Shown piece after piece: positions 45,389 through 58,950 of a stretch of 64,000 nucleotides of DNA; the stretch's first letter is position 1, and every line of letters starts with the position of its first letter. Under the pieces are notes generated by a model that was not told the origin of the DNA, made no database searches, and saw nothing but the letters and a program-made list of their open reading frames with translations. Source of the stretch: the human T2T-CHM13v2.0 reference genome, Homo sapiens; assembly GCF_009914755.1 (NCBI RefSeq), contig NC_060936.1. One strand, 5' to 3'. The position numbers were made by a program, and so were the translations under genes.

Positions 45389-47744
45389 CCAGGTATTAGA
45401 AGGGACTTGGGCCCCAAGCCCAATAATGCTGTGGTTTTTGCAGACTTGTAGAGGTACCCACCTTGGTGGTCTTTCAGAAGATCTGGAAGAATTCTCTGGA
45501 TTACCAGGCAGAGACTCATTCTTTTCCTTTAATTTCTCTGAAACATGTGGAGTCTCTTTCTGTGATGAGCCCTCTGGAACTGGGAGTGTGGTGATGCAAA
45601 CACCCCTGTGGCCACTACCACTGGGACTGTGTTGGGTCAGACCTGAAGTTAGCTCAGCACTGGGCCTTGCCCAAGGCCCTTCCCTTCAGGGCAGTGAGTT
45701 CCCCCCAGGCCCCAGGTGTGTCTAGAGTTTTTTTCTGGGGGCCAGGGATTGGAGTTAAAAACCTTAGAAATTTACATGATAGTCTATTCTACTGCAGCTA
45801 AGCTGACACTGAAACTACAATACAAAGTTCTTCCTGCTCTTCCCTCCCCATACCACAGGCAGAAGAGCTTCTACCTGTGGCCACCACCACCACTAGTCCA
45901 TAGGGGGTTCTGCTGGGCCACTACCAATGTTTGCTTAAAGCCCAAGGGCTCTTCCATCAGCTTATGGTGAATGCTGTGAGACCTGGGAGTCACCCTTCAG
46001 GGCAGTGGGCTCCCCACTGCCCCAGGGCAGGTCCAGAAATGCTGTCCAAGAGCCTGGGCCTGGACTCAGAGACCCCAAGAGCCTGCTTGTTGCTCTACTC
46101 TACTGTGGCTGAGCTGGTATCTAGGGTGCAAGACAAAGTCCCCTTTACTTTTCCCTCTGTTTTTCTCAAACAGATGAGTCTTTCACCATAGCCACCACAG
46201 CTGGAAATATGCTGGGTCTCCCCTGAAACCAGCATGTCTCAGAGCTCGGGCCCATGGCATACTCCCTGGATATTGCTGGTTGTTATTCAGGGTCCAAGGA
46301 CTCTTTAGTCGGCAGGTGATGAATCCTGCAAGTGTTGAGTCCTTCCCTTTAAGGCAGGGGTTCTCTTTTGGCCCAGGGTGTGGCTGGAAATGTCATTTGG
46401 GAGCTAGGGCCTGGAATAGGGGCCTCATGACTCTGCCTGGTGCCCTATCCTGTTGTGGCTGAGCTGCTATCCAAGATGCAAGACAAAGTCCTCTTTACTC
46501 TTCATTCTCCTCTCCTTAAGCAGAAGGAAGGAGTCACTTTCATTGCTATGAGCTGCACTGCCTGGGGTTGGGGGAGGGATGGCGCAAGCCCTCCCATAGC
46601 CAAACCAGCTTGTGTCTCCCTAGGTCATGTGCCACCCTAGTTTACTGGCTCTAAGCCCAGCCTAGCACTAGGAGTTGCCTAGGAATTGCAGTCCTTGTGT
46701 CCTAGTCTGCTGTTCAGGTTTACCTAGGACCCCAGAGCACTTTGGCCTGCACTGGCGAGGCTTGCTGAGGAACTCGAGTTCCAACAGCTAGATGGGCGAT
46801 TCCCCACTGGCTAGGTCTGGTTCAAATGCCCCCTCTGTGTGTGAATGCTGAGTGAGCCCAGCACAACTTTGCTCTCCATTGTGGCAGAGCAGCACTGAGT
46901 TCAATGTAAAGTCCTCTAGTCACTGCACTCTCCCATCCCCAAGTGCACAGACTCTTTCTCCATGTCTTATGGCCACTGCCAGGGGATTGGGGAGGGGTGG
47001 CATCCATGACTCAAGACTGTCTCTCCTTCCCTTCTCAATGCCTCTTTCCATGATATGGAGTTCAAATCAGATATTGTGATTATTCACCTAATTTTTGGTT
47101 CTTGTTATCGTGCTTCTCTGTGTACAGATAGTTGTTAAAATTTGGTGTTGCAGCAGGGGGCATGAATGGTGTAAGCTTCCATTCTGCCATCTTGTCTGCC
47201 GCCCACCCTCCATTCCCACCAAACTTACTAATTCATTAAACAAACATTTATTGAGAATCCATGGTTAGTTTTCTGCCTTTTCTTTTTCAATAAATGTTGA
47301 ATTAAACCCAACTTGTAGATGATGGCTGTCTTTCTAGATTCCGTCTGCTCTAATACAGAATGAGTCTTTTACCGTAGCCACTACAGCTGGGAATATGCTG
47401 GATCTCCCCTGAAGCCAGCATGTCTCAGAGCTCAGGGCCCATGGCATACTCCCTGGATATTTCTGGTTGTTATTCAGGGTCTTTAGTCAGCAGGTGATGA
47501 ATCCTACCAGTGCTGGGTCCTTCCCTTTAAGGCAGTGGGGTTCCCTTTTGGCCCAGGGTGTGGCTAGAAATGTCATCTGGGAGCTAGGGCCTGGAATAGG
47601 GGCCCAGCATTTTGCTACCAGAGTAATGATCCATACTTACTGCTTTGGTCATTTCCTTGCTCTACACTAAGTCCTTCAGCACTTCCTTGTTACTAACCAC
47701 GGTAAATAAAATGCTTCAGCCTGATTTTCTATGCTGTATATTAA

Positions 47745-48765
47745 CTTCTCCAAATATTTATCGAGCACCTCTAATGTCAGGTAATGTGCCAGGTGCAGGG
47801 ACACAGAAGAAAGCATGGGCTATGTCATCGGGAGCCTATAGTCTCCTAGAGCACAGTGTGGGGAGTGCGTCGAGGGAGGTGTGCAGAGGGGCTGGGGGCT
47901 GAGGAAGAGAGAAGACCTCATCTAGCCTGAGGGGCAGGGGTGGAGTGAGTTGGAGGAGAGGAATTTAGGAAAGCCTTTCTTGAGGGAATTCATGTCTGGT
48001 TTTACCTTTACAGAAGAATAGGATTTGACTAGGCTGTGTGTGTGTGTGTGTGTGTCTGTGTGTCTGTGTGGAGGGGTGCATATATATGCGAGGGTGTTGT
48101 GTGTGTGTGTGTGTGGAGGGGTGCACATATATGCGAGGGTGTTGTGTGTGCGTTTGTGTGTTGAAGGCTCTGGTGCAGAGTGGAGAGTCAATTTGTGTTT
48201 GAGAGAGCAGCATGTGTCAAGGTCTGTTGATAATATACTGCATAAGTGTGAGGGGGACTGTCAGAAGGCTGGAATTCAGGGACTGGCTCATGAAAGACCA
48301 CAATGCCTGGTAAGGCACTTGGACTTGATGTTTCAGGTCAGTGATTGAGAGATTGTATTTGCTGGAGTTCTAAGGCTTCTGTGGACCCTTTGGAAAGGGG
48401 AATAGAAGATCTGTGGACCTGAAAGATTTTAAGGAGAGGAGGAAAATGGTTTGAGTTTTGTTTTGAGTCAACTCCACGGGCAGCTCTGTGAAGGATGGAT
48501 TTCAAAGGGACAAGTCTGACAGCAGGAAGGCCTGTGAGGAGGCAGTGAAGGGTGGAAACAGATTGGAACAGAGACAGTACTTACAAGGTGAAATTGACTG
48601 GACTTGGCCATGGAAAAGGGATACAGGAGTGAAAGAAAAAGTAATGGGGGAGAAAGGGCAACCCATAATCTCCTGGCTTAGAAGGAAGAGGGCAAGTTTC
48701 TGAGGGGAGGAGGATGGGTTCATTTTCAGATAGGTTGCTTTGGAGGTGTACTTGGACTGCCCCAT
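47745..48765 (-). mobile_element. L2 fragments interrupted by a (TG)n-rich repeat
   Basis: CAAATATTTATCGAGCACCT 3' end, GGGAGCCTATAGTCT and purine-rich L2 body. Confidence 0.6.
48035..48160. repeat. (TG)n microsatellite with two ~48-bp compound units
   Basis: GTGTGGAGGGGTGCA(T/C)ATATATGCGAGGGTGTTGTGTGTG occurs twice within TG runs. Confidence 0.9.
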
Positions 48766-49023
48766 TCCTGACCTATCCAAGGTGTTCCTGCTATTTCACA
48801 GACAGACTCTATGGCACTGGTCATAGCTCTGCTCCCATCCAGGCCTCTGTAGGCCATTGCTTATTCTGCAACAGGTCTTGTGGTCCCTCTGATGCTGCAT
48901 CTGTGAAAATCCTATTTGCCCATCTGGATGCCGCTCAATCTCCTCTCTTTCCCACTCCCAGAGCCTCTGTTATTTCAGGACTCATGGATGATGGTTCCTC
49001 TGTACTCCTCCAGTACTAAAGAT

Positions 49024-49465
49024 TCTTCTTCTTTTTTTTTTTTTTTTTTAAAACATGGTCTCACTTTGTCACATAGACTGGAGTGCAGTGGCATGAACAT
49101 GGCTCACTGCAGTCTTGACTTCCTGGGCTCAAGCGATTCTCCCACCTCAGCCCCCCAAGTAACTGAGTCTACAGGCATGTGCCACCAGGCTGGGCTAATT
49201 TTTAAATTTTTTGTAGAGATGGGGTTTCACCATGTTGCCCAGGCTGGTTTTGAACTCCTGGGCTCAAGCAGTCCTCACTCCTCAGCCCTGAAAGTAGCTG
49301 GGACTACAGGTGCATGCCACCATGCTTGGCTAATTTTTTTTAATGTATTTTAGAGATGGAATTTTGCCATGTTTCCCAGGCTGGTCTTGAACTCCTGGGC
49401 CTCAGGCGAGGCCTGCCTTGGCCTCCCAAAGTGTTGGGATTACAGGCATGAGCTACTGCACCCGC
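49024..49465 (-). mobile_element. Three-arm AluJ composite
   Basis: Right arm, hybrid arm and left arm separated by two A/T-rich linkers. Confidence 0.85.
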
Positions 49466-52400
49466 TGCTTTTAAAGTATATTACTTTTTTTTTTTCTGTA
49501 AGTAGCAAGTTCCTTAATGTTACGGGCTTCAGCAACATCTAGCCTAGTGTGAATAATACAACTGGTTACTCAGTGAATACACAGAATCATGAAATGTTAG
49601 ATCTTGAGGCTGTGGTTTTCAAACTGGACTGTGTAAGAAACATCCAGGAGTGTATGAAAATGCAGACATTTGGCCCATGGGTGGTTCTGATACAGGTGGT
49701 TTTCAGAAAACAAAGAAACACTGGCTTTAAAGAAACTTAAAGATCAGTTAAGCTAATTCTGTCATGTTAGAGAGAGGAAACTATGAGTTGGAGTGTGAGC
49801 AACTTGTTGGTTTCTCAGATTGTCTAGTGGCAGACCCAAGACTGCCTCCAGGTCCCTGACTCCTAGCTGAATGCTTTTCCTCACCACCCAACACACTGCT
49901 TCCACCTATTCAAAAGATGTCTTTCTAAAAGCTGAAATCATCTTTAGAAGAATAAGGCAACATCTCATTTCGCTTACAGTTTAAACGTTGCCAGAAGGAA
50001 TGAGATGTGTTGGATGCCATCTTTGTCCTCTAGGAATTTCCAATCTTAGGTATTAGGAGAAGGAACCACTTTGACACTGCTTAAAGCAGAAGAATCCTAG
50101 AGGGAGAACTGTAGGCTGTGGATTGATTGATGGGATTCCATTTGAGTAGCATCCCTCCTGTCGAGGAAAACATCTGCGTGAAGATGAACTAAGCCTAATT
50201 TTGTGCAACTCATGTTTTCATATTTCTTGTAAAGCATATCAATAATTACAAAATATAATGTCTTTTCAGTGACTAAATATAAATGTCTATTTAAGTGTAT
50301 GTTGGTAGTTCAGATAGTAAATAGACTTGTTAGTTTTCCTTGACATCATAGAATGTTCAGGAGAGAAATGGTGAATGTCATTTCAGGCCATTTTCTTTCC
50401 TATATTCATTCATTTTTTTTTAATTTAGTGCTGTCAGCAAACCCAAAATAGTGCCAGATGAAAAATGTGGGCTGAATGTAAGGTCTTTATTTTTGAGCCG
50501 AAGAGATGAAAGCATTCTCCCCTTTCAGTCTTTCCCTTTTCTTTCTGTTCTAAGTGCCATACTGAAAATCATATGCTGGGGTTTCCCCCTTGTAGATCAC
50601 TGTTTTCTTATTAGCAATGGTCATTTTCATGTTTGTTTGATTTTTTTTTAATTGATAGGGTAAAGAAACTGGAGGAATGCTGATTACATAATGTACCTGG
50701 ATATCAGTAGGATTTTTGACAATGCCTCTTGTAAATTCCTTGAGGGCAGTGTAGAGATAAATTAGTTAAGATGCTATTATTAGGGTTTATAGGTGCTTGG
50801 GAAGCCTAACCCAAAGTGTTTGTGACTGACTTCCTGTTGTCTGGTGGGAGATCTTATGTACTGAGAGGCAGGACTTTCCTTTGCACCCACTCTGTTCACT
50901 TTTTTCCATAAGTGATGGGGTGGAAATTACAAGGGTATGGATACTTGTTCAATACAAGGATCATGTTTGATGAATTAAATTGAAACCGTCTGTCCTGCAA
51001 AACTGTGTGTGCCCATAACTGAAAGTGCTTAAGTTGTGCCTTTGTGGCCATCTGTTGGAGATGCTCTAGAAGGGACTCCTACTTGGGAGGGAGGTGGAAC
51101 TAATATGTTTGAATTCTTTTCTAACCCTGTGATTCTATTACTGTACCATATTTTGGCTCTAAGATGATTAGTCAAATCTCTTTCTTGGAATCTGTTGTAA
51201 ATCTCCGACTTACCAAGGTGGAGGCCTAAAGATTTCCGACACCCTGAGTGCTATGTCGGTGTGCCAGGGATGCTTATGCTCCTGGGATAAACATGCCTTC
51301 AGATGTGAGACCTTAAAGTAAGTGAGTGAATATTTGGGAAGAACTACTATAAACAACTTTGTTTCAGGAATACTGATTTGTTCTTTGAAGGACTTACTAA
51401 AAGTCAGTGACAGAGAAAGGAAGACATGAAGTAGAGGATGAAAGTGCAATGGAGCTAGTTTTCTTTTTGGTCAGGTGTCTTTAGCTGAGTGGCCCCTGAG
51501 GGATCTTGCTCAGAGCCTAGACCATCATCCCTGGGGCAGGGCAGGGTGCAGTAGGGGGAGGATGTACTTCCCTGTTCCTCTTATGAACTTCCTTCACAAG
51601 GCTGGATGAGGGAATTTACTGATACCTTGTTACAAAACTGGCAAAAATTAAACACAGGTGAAACATTAGCTCATCATCCTACTTATTGTCTTTAATAAGA
51701 CATCTTATTTCACTTGTAAGGAATTTTGAAATTCTTAGCATCAAAAATCTCATCTTTTAAAGTTGAATCCAAAGGACATGGGTTTCTTAAATGTCTGAAC
51801 ACATTTCTAAACTGTTAGGGAGGAAAAAAAATTACATGAATGAGGGTTGATTCTTGGCCCAGCTGTGGGATCACATTTGATATGTGATGGTCAGATAGAG
51901 TTAGGGCAATGCAGCTCCTACCCAGCCCCTAGAGAAGGTGCTGTGCTCTGGATTGGCTGCTGAGGAGAGGATTTCACATCTCTTGCCTTCCCTCAAAAGG
52001 GTATGTGGAGCTAAGACATGATAGTAAGAGCAAGCGGGGAAGAATTCTGCAGTGGCAGCGAGGTAGCTGTTGCATAGCTTTGTGGGATCAAAGGACATGA
52101 GAGTGCTTCTGACTACATTATTAATAAAATTATATGAAATATTTTGGGCATATAGGATGTATTAAGAATAATACAATAAAATCTACATATCCCCCACCCA
52201 ATTTAAGAAATAAAAATTAACAACCACGGGAAAACACCCTCATATAACTTCTCCCTGATCTTATTCCCATCTCTCCTCTCAGAGGTAACCACGATCCTGA
52301 GTTTCACACCCTTTATTTTTTAAATGAGGAAAAGGAAGCCCAGAGAGGTGGGGAACTGGTTTAATTTCACACTCAAGGCTAGTGAGAGCCACAAGATGCC

Positions 52401-53681
52401 TTCTGCTTCTTTTCTTGGGGCACAGTTTATTGTTAGTAAACCTGTACTCCTTCTCAGCCTTTTGGGTATAATCAAGTCTGGAGTGTCTATGATAAGACAG
52501 CTTAGAGATTATGTTTGCAGTCCCTATAAGCTGTGTAGCTTTGCACAGTAAGCGTGGAGAATTGAAGAGAAGGAATTTTAGCCAACACCTACTTGTTTGG
52601 AATCTTGGGCTGGTACAGTAAAGTATAAAGGGATACCATGACATCTGGGGACAGTCAGATGTACAGGTTGTTAGAATAAAATTACAGGGGACTGTCACAA
52701 TGGTGGCACTAAGCTATAAAATGAAGAAGCATCACAATCAAACTCCTTTCACAGCCTTCCTTTTGGCACATGCCAAATTAGACATCTTCTAAGCCTTCAT
52801 AAAAACAGTCCTGCTGAAATAAAAAATACCTTTTTAAAATATTTTCCTAGGAAAGCATTATCAGGCTATTTCTTTGGCTTCCCAGGAGAAATGAACATGT
52901 GATTGATATATGTTTTCTGGTGAATAAGAACCAGGATTGAAGAAACATGTTTGGAGCTATTAAATTTTAATAAAAATAAGAAAGCAAACAATATTACTCT
53001 TTTATTGCTGATAGAATGATACATAATTTTGAAATTCTGGTGGAAGCACAGGTGCTTTTCCCCATTTTTATTTATAGAGTTATAACAGCCTAGGCTTTAC
53101 ACCCTGTCACTTTTTTCTTGTCTTTTTTTTTTTCCTTTAAAAACACCACCTAACAATTTTCACCTAGAACTCATCCACAGACATTTAAAAAGGTGGTATC
53201 TTTGGAGAAAACTTGTAGTCGATCACAAGATCATCCACTAGATTTAATTTTATCCAGAAGGCTGACCTGACATTAAATGTCTAAAAATCATCTAACAGAG
53301 CTGTGAAAAGTAAGCACTACATAGGAAGGACATTTGTGAGTTCTTTGATACAGAAGACATAGGGAGCTGTGGATTTCTGCATTAATCCATTTATTGAACA
53401 ACAGGAGGAAATCAGACTGCCCGTGATTGCCCACCCTTGTTTACCAGTTGGAATGCCCAGCTGCAGCTGGGTTGATTTGAGAGCCCACTGGGTCGGGTTT
53501 AATCATCTTCTTTTGTCTGTCTTGAAAGCGGATGTTGAAGTGGAATCTCTCCACCTGCTGTGTAAGGAGCAGTATCTGCCTCTTCACACTCGACTTCATA
53601 AAACTTTAATGTCTTTCCAGGATTGATAAGAGTTGTGAAGGCTACTGTTTCAGACTTGGCATTTTTGCTTTTGTTTTACAG

Positions 53682-53794
53682 ACTGTTTATTCCATGGCTC
53701 CGTTCCCTTTCCCACAATTGGCAGAGTTGAGGGAAAAATACACCTACAACATTACACCGTTCCCAGCCACAGTTAAACCCACCTCAGTTTCTGG
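53682..53794 (+). CDS. TBC1D30: TBC1D30 exon 9
   Basis: ttgttttacag|ACT (phase 0), TVYSMAPFPFPQLAELREKYTYNITPFPATVKPTSVS, TGG|gtaagg; 113 nt. Confidence 0.94.
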
Positions 53795-54587
53795 GTAAGG
53801 TTTTTAAATTCCTTGTTGTTTTCATGATGGAGGACTTAATATCTTAATTTGTTATTGTAAATTAATATTTATGAAGCCCCAGAGATATGTTAAAGTAAGT
53901 TGACACTTAGAATCTAATGTCCCTTTCCAAATGGTTTTGATTTAAACTCAAGAGAGATTTTTAAAAGTGTACTTTGCAGAGAAATTTGGAACGTAAACTG
54001 AAGAGAGATTTAGCAACCCCACAACTTATCTAATGATATCAAGCATTAAAAATCTCAATAGTTAAAATAGTGTGGAACCTGTATACAAGTACACAGATGA
54101 GCTAATTTAAAAACTGTGAAGACCAAAAATTGACAATTGATAAAGAGTTTATCATATGAAAAATAGGCATATTGAATCAATGGTGAAAAGTTATACTGTT
54201 TGGTAAATGGTGATGGGCTAATGAGAACTAATTTGGAAAGAAAATGAGAGTCAGACCTCATACTAGATGCCAGGGTAAATTCCATATGGATGAATGTGTT
54301 AAATAGAAACAATGAAATAATAAAATTAGCATAAGAAAATGTGGAAGAATTCCTTTAGTTCTTTGGAATTGGAAAGGCCTTAATAACTGACTCAAAATTT
54401 AAAAAAAGGGAAAAAATTAAGTCCTTTAAATATAATTTTCTGGGTGACCCAAATGGAACAAAACCAAACCTCTATAAGTAGACTCAAAAATATCTGTGGA
54501 AGGATATTTTTAACTTACTATGCAAAATAGGGATGGATATTGCTAATATGTAAAATTCCTAGAAATCGATAAGAAAATGGCCACCCA

Positions 54588-55180
54588 AGCTGGGTGTGGT
54601 GGCTCACGCCCGTAATCCTAGCACTTTGGGAAGCTGAAGCAGGAGGATCACTTGAGGCCAGGAATTCGAGACCAGCCTGGGCAACGTAGCAAGACCCTGT
54701 CTCTAAAAAAATTACAAAAATTAGCAGGGTGTGGTAGTGCATACCTGTAGTCCTAGCTACTTGGGAGGCTGAGGCAGGAGGATTGCTTGCGCCTAGGAGT
54801 TTGTAATAGTATATTATTGGAAACCACTCAAGTGTATACCATTAGCAGCCTGGCTCCACACTATGGGGTGTGTACATCCAGTAGAGCTGTAAGAAAGCAT
54901 AAGGAAGCTCTGTGTATTCTTGTGTACCATGATTGTGCAGTGGTACAATCATGGCATACTGCGGCCTTAACCTTCCAGGCTCAAGTGATTTTCCCACCTT
55001 AGTCTCCTAAGTAGCTGGGACCACAGGCACGTACCACCGTGCCTGGATAATTTTTAAATTTCTTGCAGAGACAGAGTCTCGCTATGTTACCCAGTCTGGT
55101 CTTGAACTCTTGGGCTCAAGCAATCCTGCCTTAGCCTCCCAAAGTGCTGAGATTACAGGTGTGAGCCACTGTGCCCAGCC
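54588..55180. mobile_element. Two truncated AluJ in inverted orientation (54588-54802 +, 54934-55180 -) within old L1M fragments
   Basis: Alu consensus on opposite strands ~130 nt apart. Confidence 0.85.
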
Positions 55181-55456
55181 CGTAAAGATTTCTTGTATAA
55201 ATAAAGGCAAGATGCAGAAGAGCATATATAGTATGCTAATAGTTATGCAAAAAGAAGAGAAAAATAAAAGCATGTAGTCATATTTGCTTATGTGTGCTCA
55301 GAGAAACTGAAGAATACATAAGAACCAGTAACAGTGATCACCTGTGGGAATTAGATGGGAGATTCTCACAAATGACCATGGTTACTAGTTTCAATGGGCA
55401 GAAGTTGGACAGAGATGGGAGGGAAACTTTATAAATCACGTCATTATATATAATTC

Positions 55457-55657
55457 TTTTTTTTTTTGAGACGGAGTCTTGCTCTGTCGTCGCCCAGGCT
55501 GGAATGCAGTGACGTGATTTGGCTCACTGCAACCTCCGCCTCCCGGGTTCAAGCGATTCTCTAGCCTCAGCCTCCGAAGTAGCTGGAATTACAGGTGTGC
55601 GGCACCACACCTGGCTAATTTTTATATATTTTTAGCAGAGATGGGGTTTCACAATGT
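55457..55657 (-). mobile_element. 5'-truncated AluS
   Basis: Right arm plus part of left arm; TSD-like TTATAT(A/G)TAATTCT. Confidence 0.9.
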
Positions 55658-55777
55658 TAATTATATGTAATTCTATGTTAATTATATATATGGCATTTAA
55701 ACCATGTAACTGTATTATGTTTTAAAATACCATGGTTTTCTTTGTATATTTCTTTTTTGTCTTTTATGTTTTCCAAG

Positions 55778-55917
55778 ACGACATAGTAAGGCCAGAGACA
55801 GTGATGAAGAGAATGACCCAGACGATGAGGATGCTGTCGTTAATGCAGTGGGGTGTCTTGGACCTTTTAGTGGGTTCCTGGCTCCTGAACTGCAGAAGTA
55901 CCAAAAACAAATTAAAG
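55778..55917 (+). CDS. TBC1D30: TBC1D30 exon 10 (acidic linker)
   Basis: long T-tract ttccaag|A, RHSKARDSDEENDPDDEDAVVNAVGCLGPFSGFLAPELQKYQKQIK, AAG|gtaaag; 140 nt. Confidence 0.93.
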
Positions 55918-56043
55918 GTAAAGAGGTGGCTCTTGATTTAGATTATCATGATGTATTGGTTTACTACAATAAGAGTGATATTGTGTCCTATAGATGCCCC
56001 AGTAACTTTCTGAACTGGTTACAACTATTAAAAGTCTTTATTA

Positions 56044-56517
<474 letters not shown>

Positions 56518-56689
56518 TTATCTTTTTATTATGTAATGGTTTTCCTCTGTATTATGTGTTGCATGCGTAGTACACATTTCTTTTTCTCTGTGGTGACTTT
56601 TGCTCCCATGCATTGGATTCAACTTTGTATGCTAAGTTCCTTAGCACAGACCCTGGCATATAGTAGATGCTTAATATACTCCATCTGAG

Positions 56690-58950
56690 TTTAATTTATT
56701 CCAGACTGGCTTCTCTTCCAATAGGATTACCCTTTAAATCAAAACATTATGGTGACCTCTACTTGAATTTCTTGAGTGACAAGAAACTTATTATTTCACA
56801 AGACACTTTGCTTGATTCTTCCCCTTAGTCCATGGTTTCTGTTTACAAAGAGATAACTTCCACCTACCCGTTCTACTAATAGTTCTTCTCTTTGCTTTTT
56901 TTTTCTATTTGAAGGCATCACTGTTTATTAACTGACCAGATTACAGAAATAATCATGGTAGACCCCTTAGTTCATCCTTCTAATAAGCCTGTAGCTCTTC
57001 TCTTCCCTATTGCCAGCATTTCTACCTTCCACAAAATAGGAGGTCTTTTTCTTCATTCCACCTTGTGGAGAGGATAATCTGAAGGGTCACAGGAAGTTAT
57101 TGGCTTCTTTGAAGCCTTTTCCAACAGTATAGATCTCATGAATCAGATCCTCCATGCAGATGATATCATATTTACCAAGAGATTGAGCAATCAAAGTGTT
57201 ATCTGTCATGGCAATTTGCTTCTTTTCGATTTTGCTATAATGACACTTGTAGATGAGTTCATTTACTTACTTTAGGTTTGGGTACCGCCATGAAATGTAT
57301 GGTTCTCCAATCCTCACCATGTTAATTGAAGCCTTGCTGAGCTTAACAAAGATTCCATTGAAGATCTGACAAAGGTGAAGAAACTCCACCACCTTTCAGA
57401 CCTTTGGGCTCACACCATTGATACCTCTGATCCTTAGGGAAAATGACAGTTTGGGTTCTGTAAGAACATAGAAGTTGCCAGCTTTTCTTGCCCTCCTAGC
57501 CATTTGAATCTCAGTTCTGTTCATCTGCCTGTATTCCTTGTGACTGTGTTTAGCTTTTTCATAGATAAGCTTCCTCCTTGCCTTTTGAAGCATCTTTTCG
57601 GCAAACTTCTTTCTCAGGTGCTTGATCTTCAGCTCTGCAAAATTCCTTTGCTTTTTCTTAAGGGCTTCTGGCATAGCAGGAACCTTCTTTTTCTTCTCTT
57701 CGACACCCTCCATGGTTCCAGCTGGAAAAGAGGATTCTTCCCTTTGGAAAAAACCAGAACAAGTCTACTTACTCCCTCTTCTACCTGACATCTCTTCAAA
57801 TCTTTGAGGACAGCTATCATGTCCTCCAAAGCTTTCTCAAAGGCCCCAGTTCAGAATTTCTTTAAGCATGTCTCTTAAGTTATGACTTCTGGACCTCCTA
57901 ATATTCTATTAATTTACCTCTAGATATCCTGTAATTTGGTAATGTTCCCCTTAAAATGTTGTGCTCTGAATCACATGCATGTTTTATTTCATTTTTTTTT
58001 TTCTAAACAGAATAGAATTCTGTGGTCTGGAATTATCAATGTTATGCACTGTTTTAAAGTTTGTGGTTCTCTACGTCCTTTCTTGTCTTGGGTGGAAGCT
58101 TTTCTTTTAGGATATTTATTCTACCTCTTCTAGTTTGAAGACCATTCTCCTTGTTCAAAGATATTAGAAATATGCTGAAAGAGGACAGAAACTGAATAGA
58201 TGTCAGGCACCTCTGTGTTCTCTTTGCCATCTGCTAACTTTTTACTACCTTCTTGAAGTCATGGGGCTATCTTCTCTTTTTTTGGTTCTTATTTGGAAGA
58301 TAGGAGCAGTGGCAGCAGCTGCTGCTACTTCTAACTTTTGGTGGTGATCTTTTGGAGTATTTCCTGCAAGCCTCAGCTTGTTTGAGTTTTAACCTTTTTA
58401 ATGGCTGGGCTCATACTGTTTTGTGAGTATGTCTTTGGTATGTGCTCTTCTGTCATCCTTTTAAAGGCTTTTTAAAAATCTGAACCCAACAAGAGTCTTC
58501 TTGATTTCTGCAATGCCTTCTACCCCCTTTCTTATTGCCTGAGTTCCAGCTTTTGATTTCTAGCCATAGGATCAATATGTATTTTAATGGTAAAGTTTTT
58601 GAATCTGCGTTTCTGTAGCCTGGGTCTATGTTTCATTTTTTTTTCTCTGTTTTTCTTTCTGTGCATTTTTGTGCTCTAGGATGACATGATCACTTTCTCC
58701 TAAATTTCATCATTAGTCTTTCTTGTTGATTTTGCTCTGATTAGCAGTTTCTCTTTTAATTTTCTTCTCCTTACAGAAATGATTACAGTAAAAAAATGAA
58801 TTTCTGAGATGTTTAGCCTTTGTCTGAATAACACTCTCAGCAGATGTTAGGATAGTTGGAGTCTCTCAGTCTTTTTTTGACTCTGGCTCCCATGTCAGTT
58901 TTACAAATTGTGCTGGAGAAGCTTGCTGTCTCCCGCTTTGGCCTGTGTAG
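56690..58950 (-). mobile_element. Ancient CR1/L3 fragments flanking the RPL7 retrocopy
   Basis: TTCAAATCTTTGAGGACAGCTATCATGTCC and related CR1-like stretches on both sides of the pseudogene; highly decayed. Confidence 0.45.
56896..57734 (-). pseudogene. Processed RPL7 (60S ribosomal protein uL30) pseudogene, full length, antisense in intron 10
   Basis: Intronless 747-nt CDS remnant 57713-56967 ([13 protein letters not shown]...GINGVSPKV*...RLIRRMN*) with 3 in-frame stops and no frameshift. 5' TOP-like CCTCTTTTCC, AATAAA (56929-56924), poly(A) 56904-56896, imperfect TSD TTCTTCTCTTTG (56883-94) / TTCTTCCCTTTG (57735-46). Confidence 0.95.

Noticed and set aside
45790-46510. Regularly spaced repeats as a CRISPR-like or novel array
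   Set aside because: Degenerate ~310-350-nt monomers typical of old L1 5' UTRs; no constant short repeat with unique spacers.
57396-57713. 105-aa RPL7-like ORF as a functional gene
   Set aside because: Ends at a nonsense mutation of a retrocopy with poly(A) and TSD; no promoter evident.
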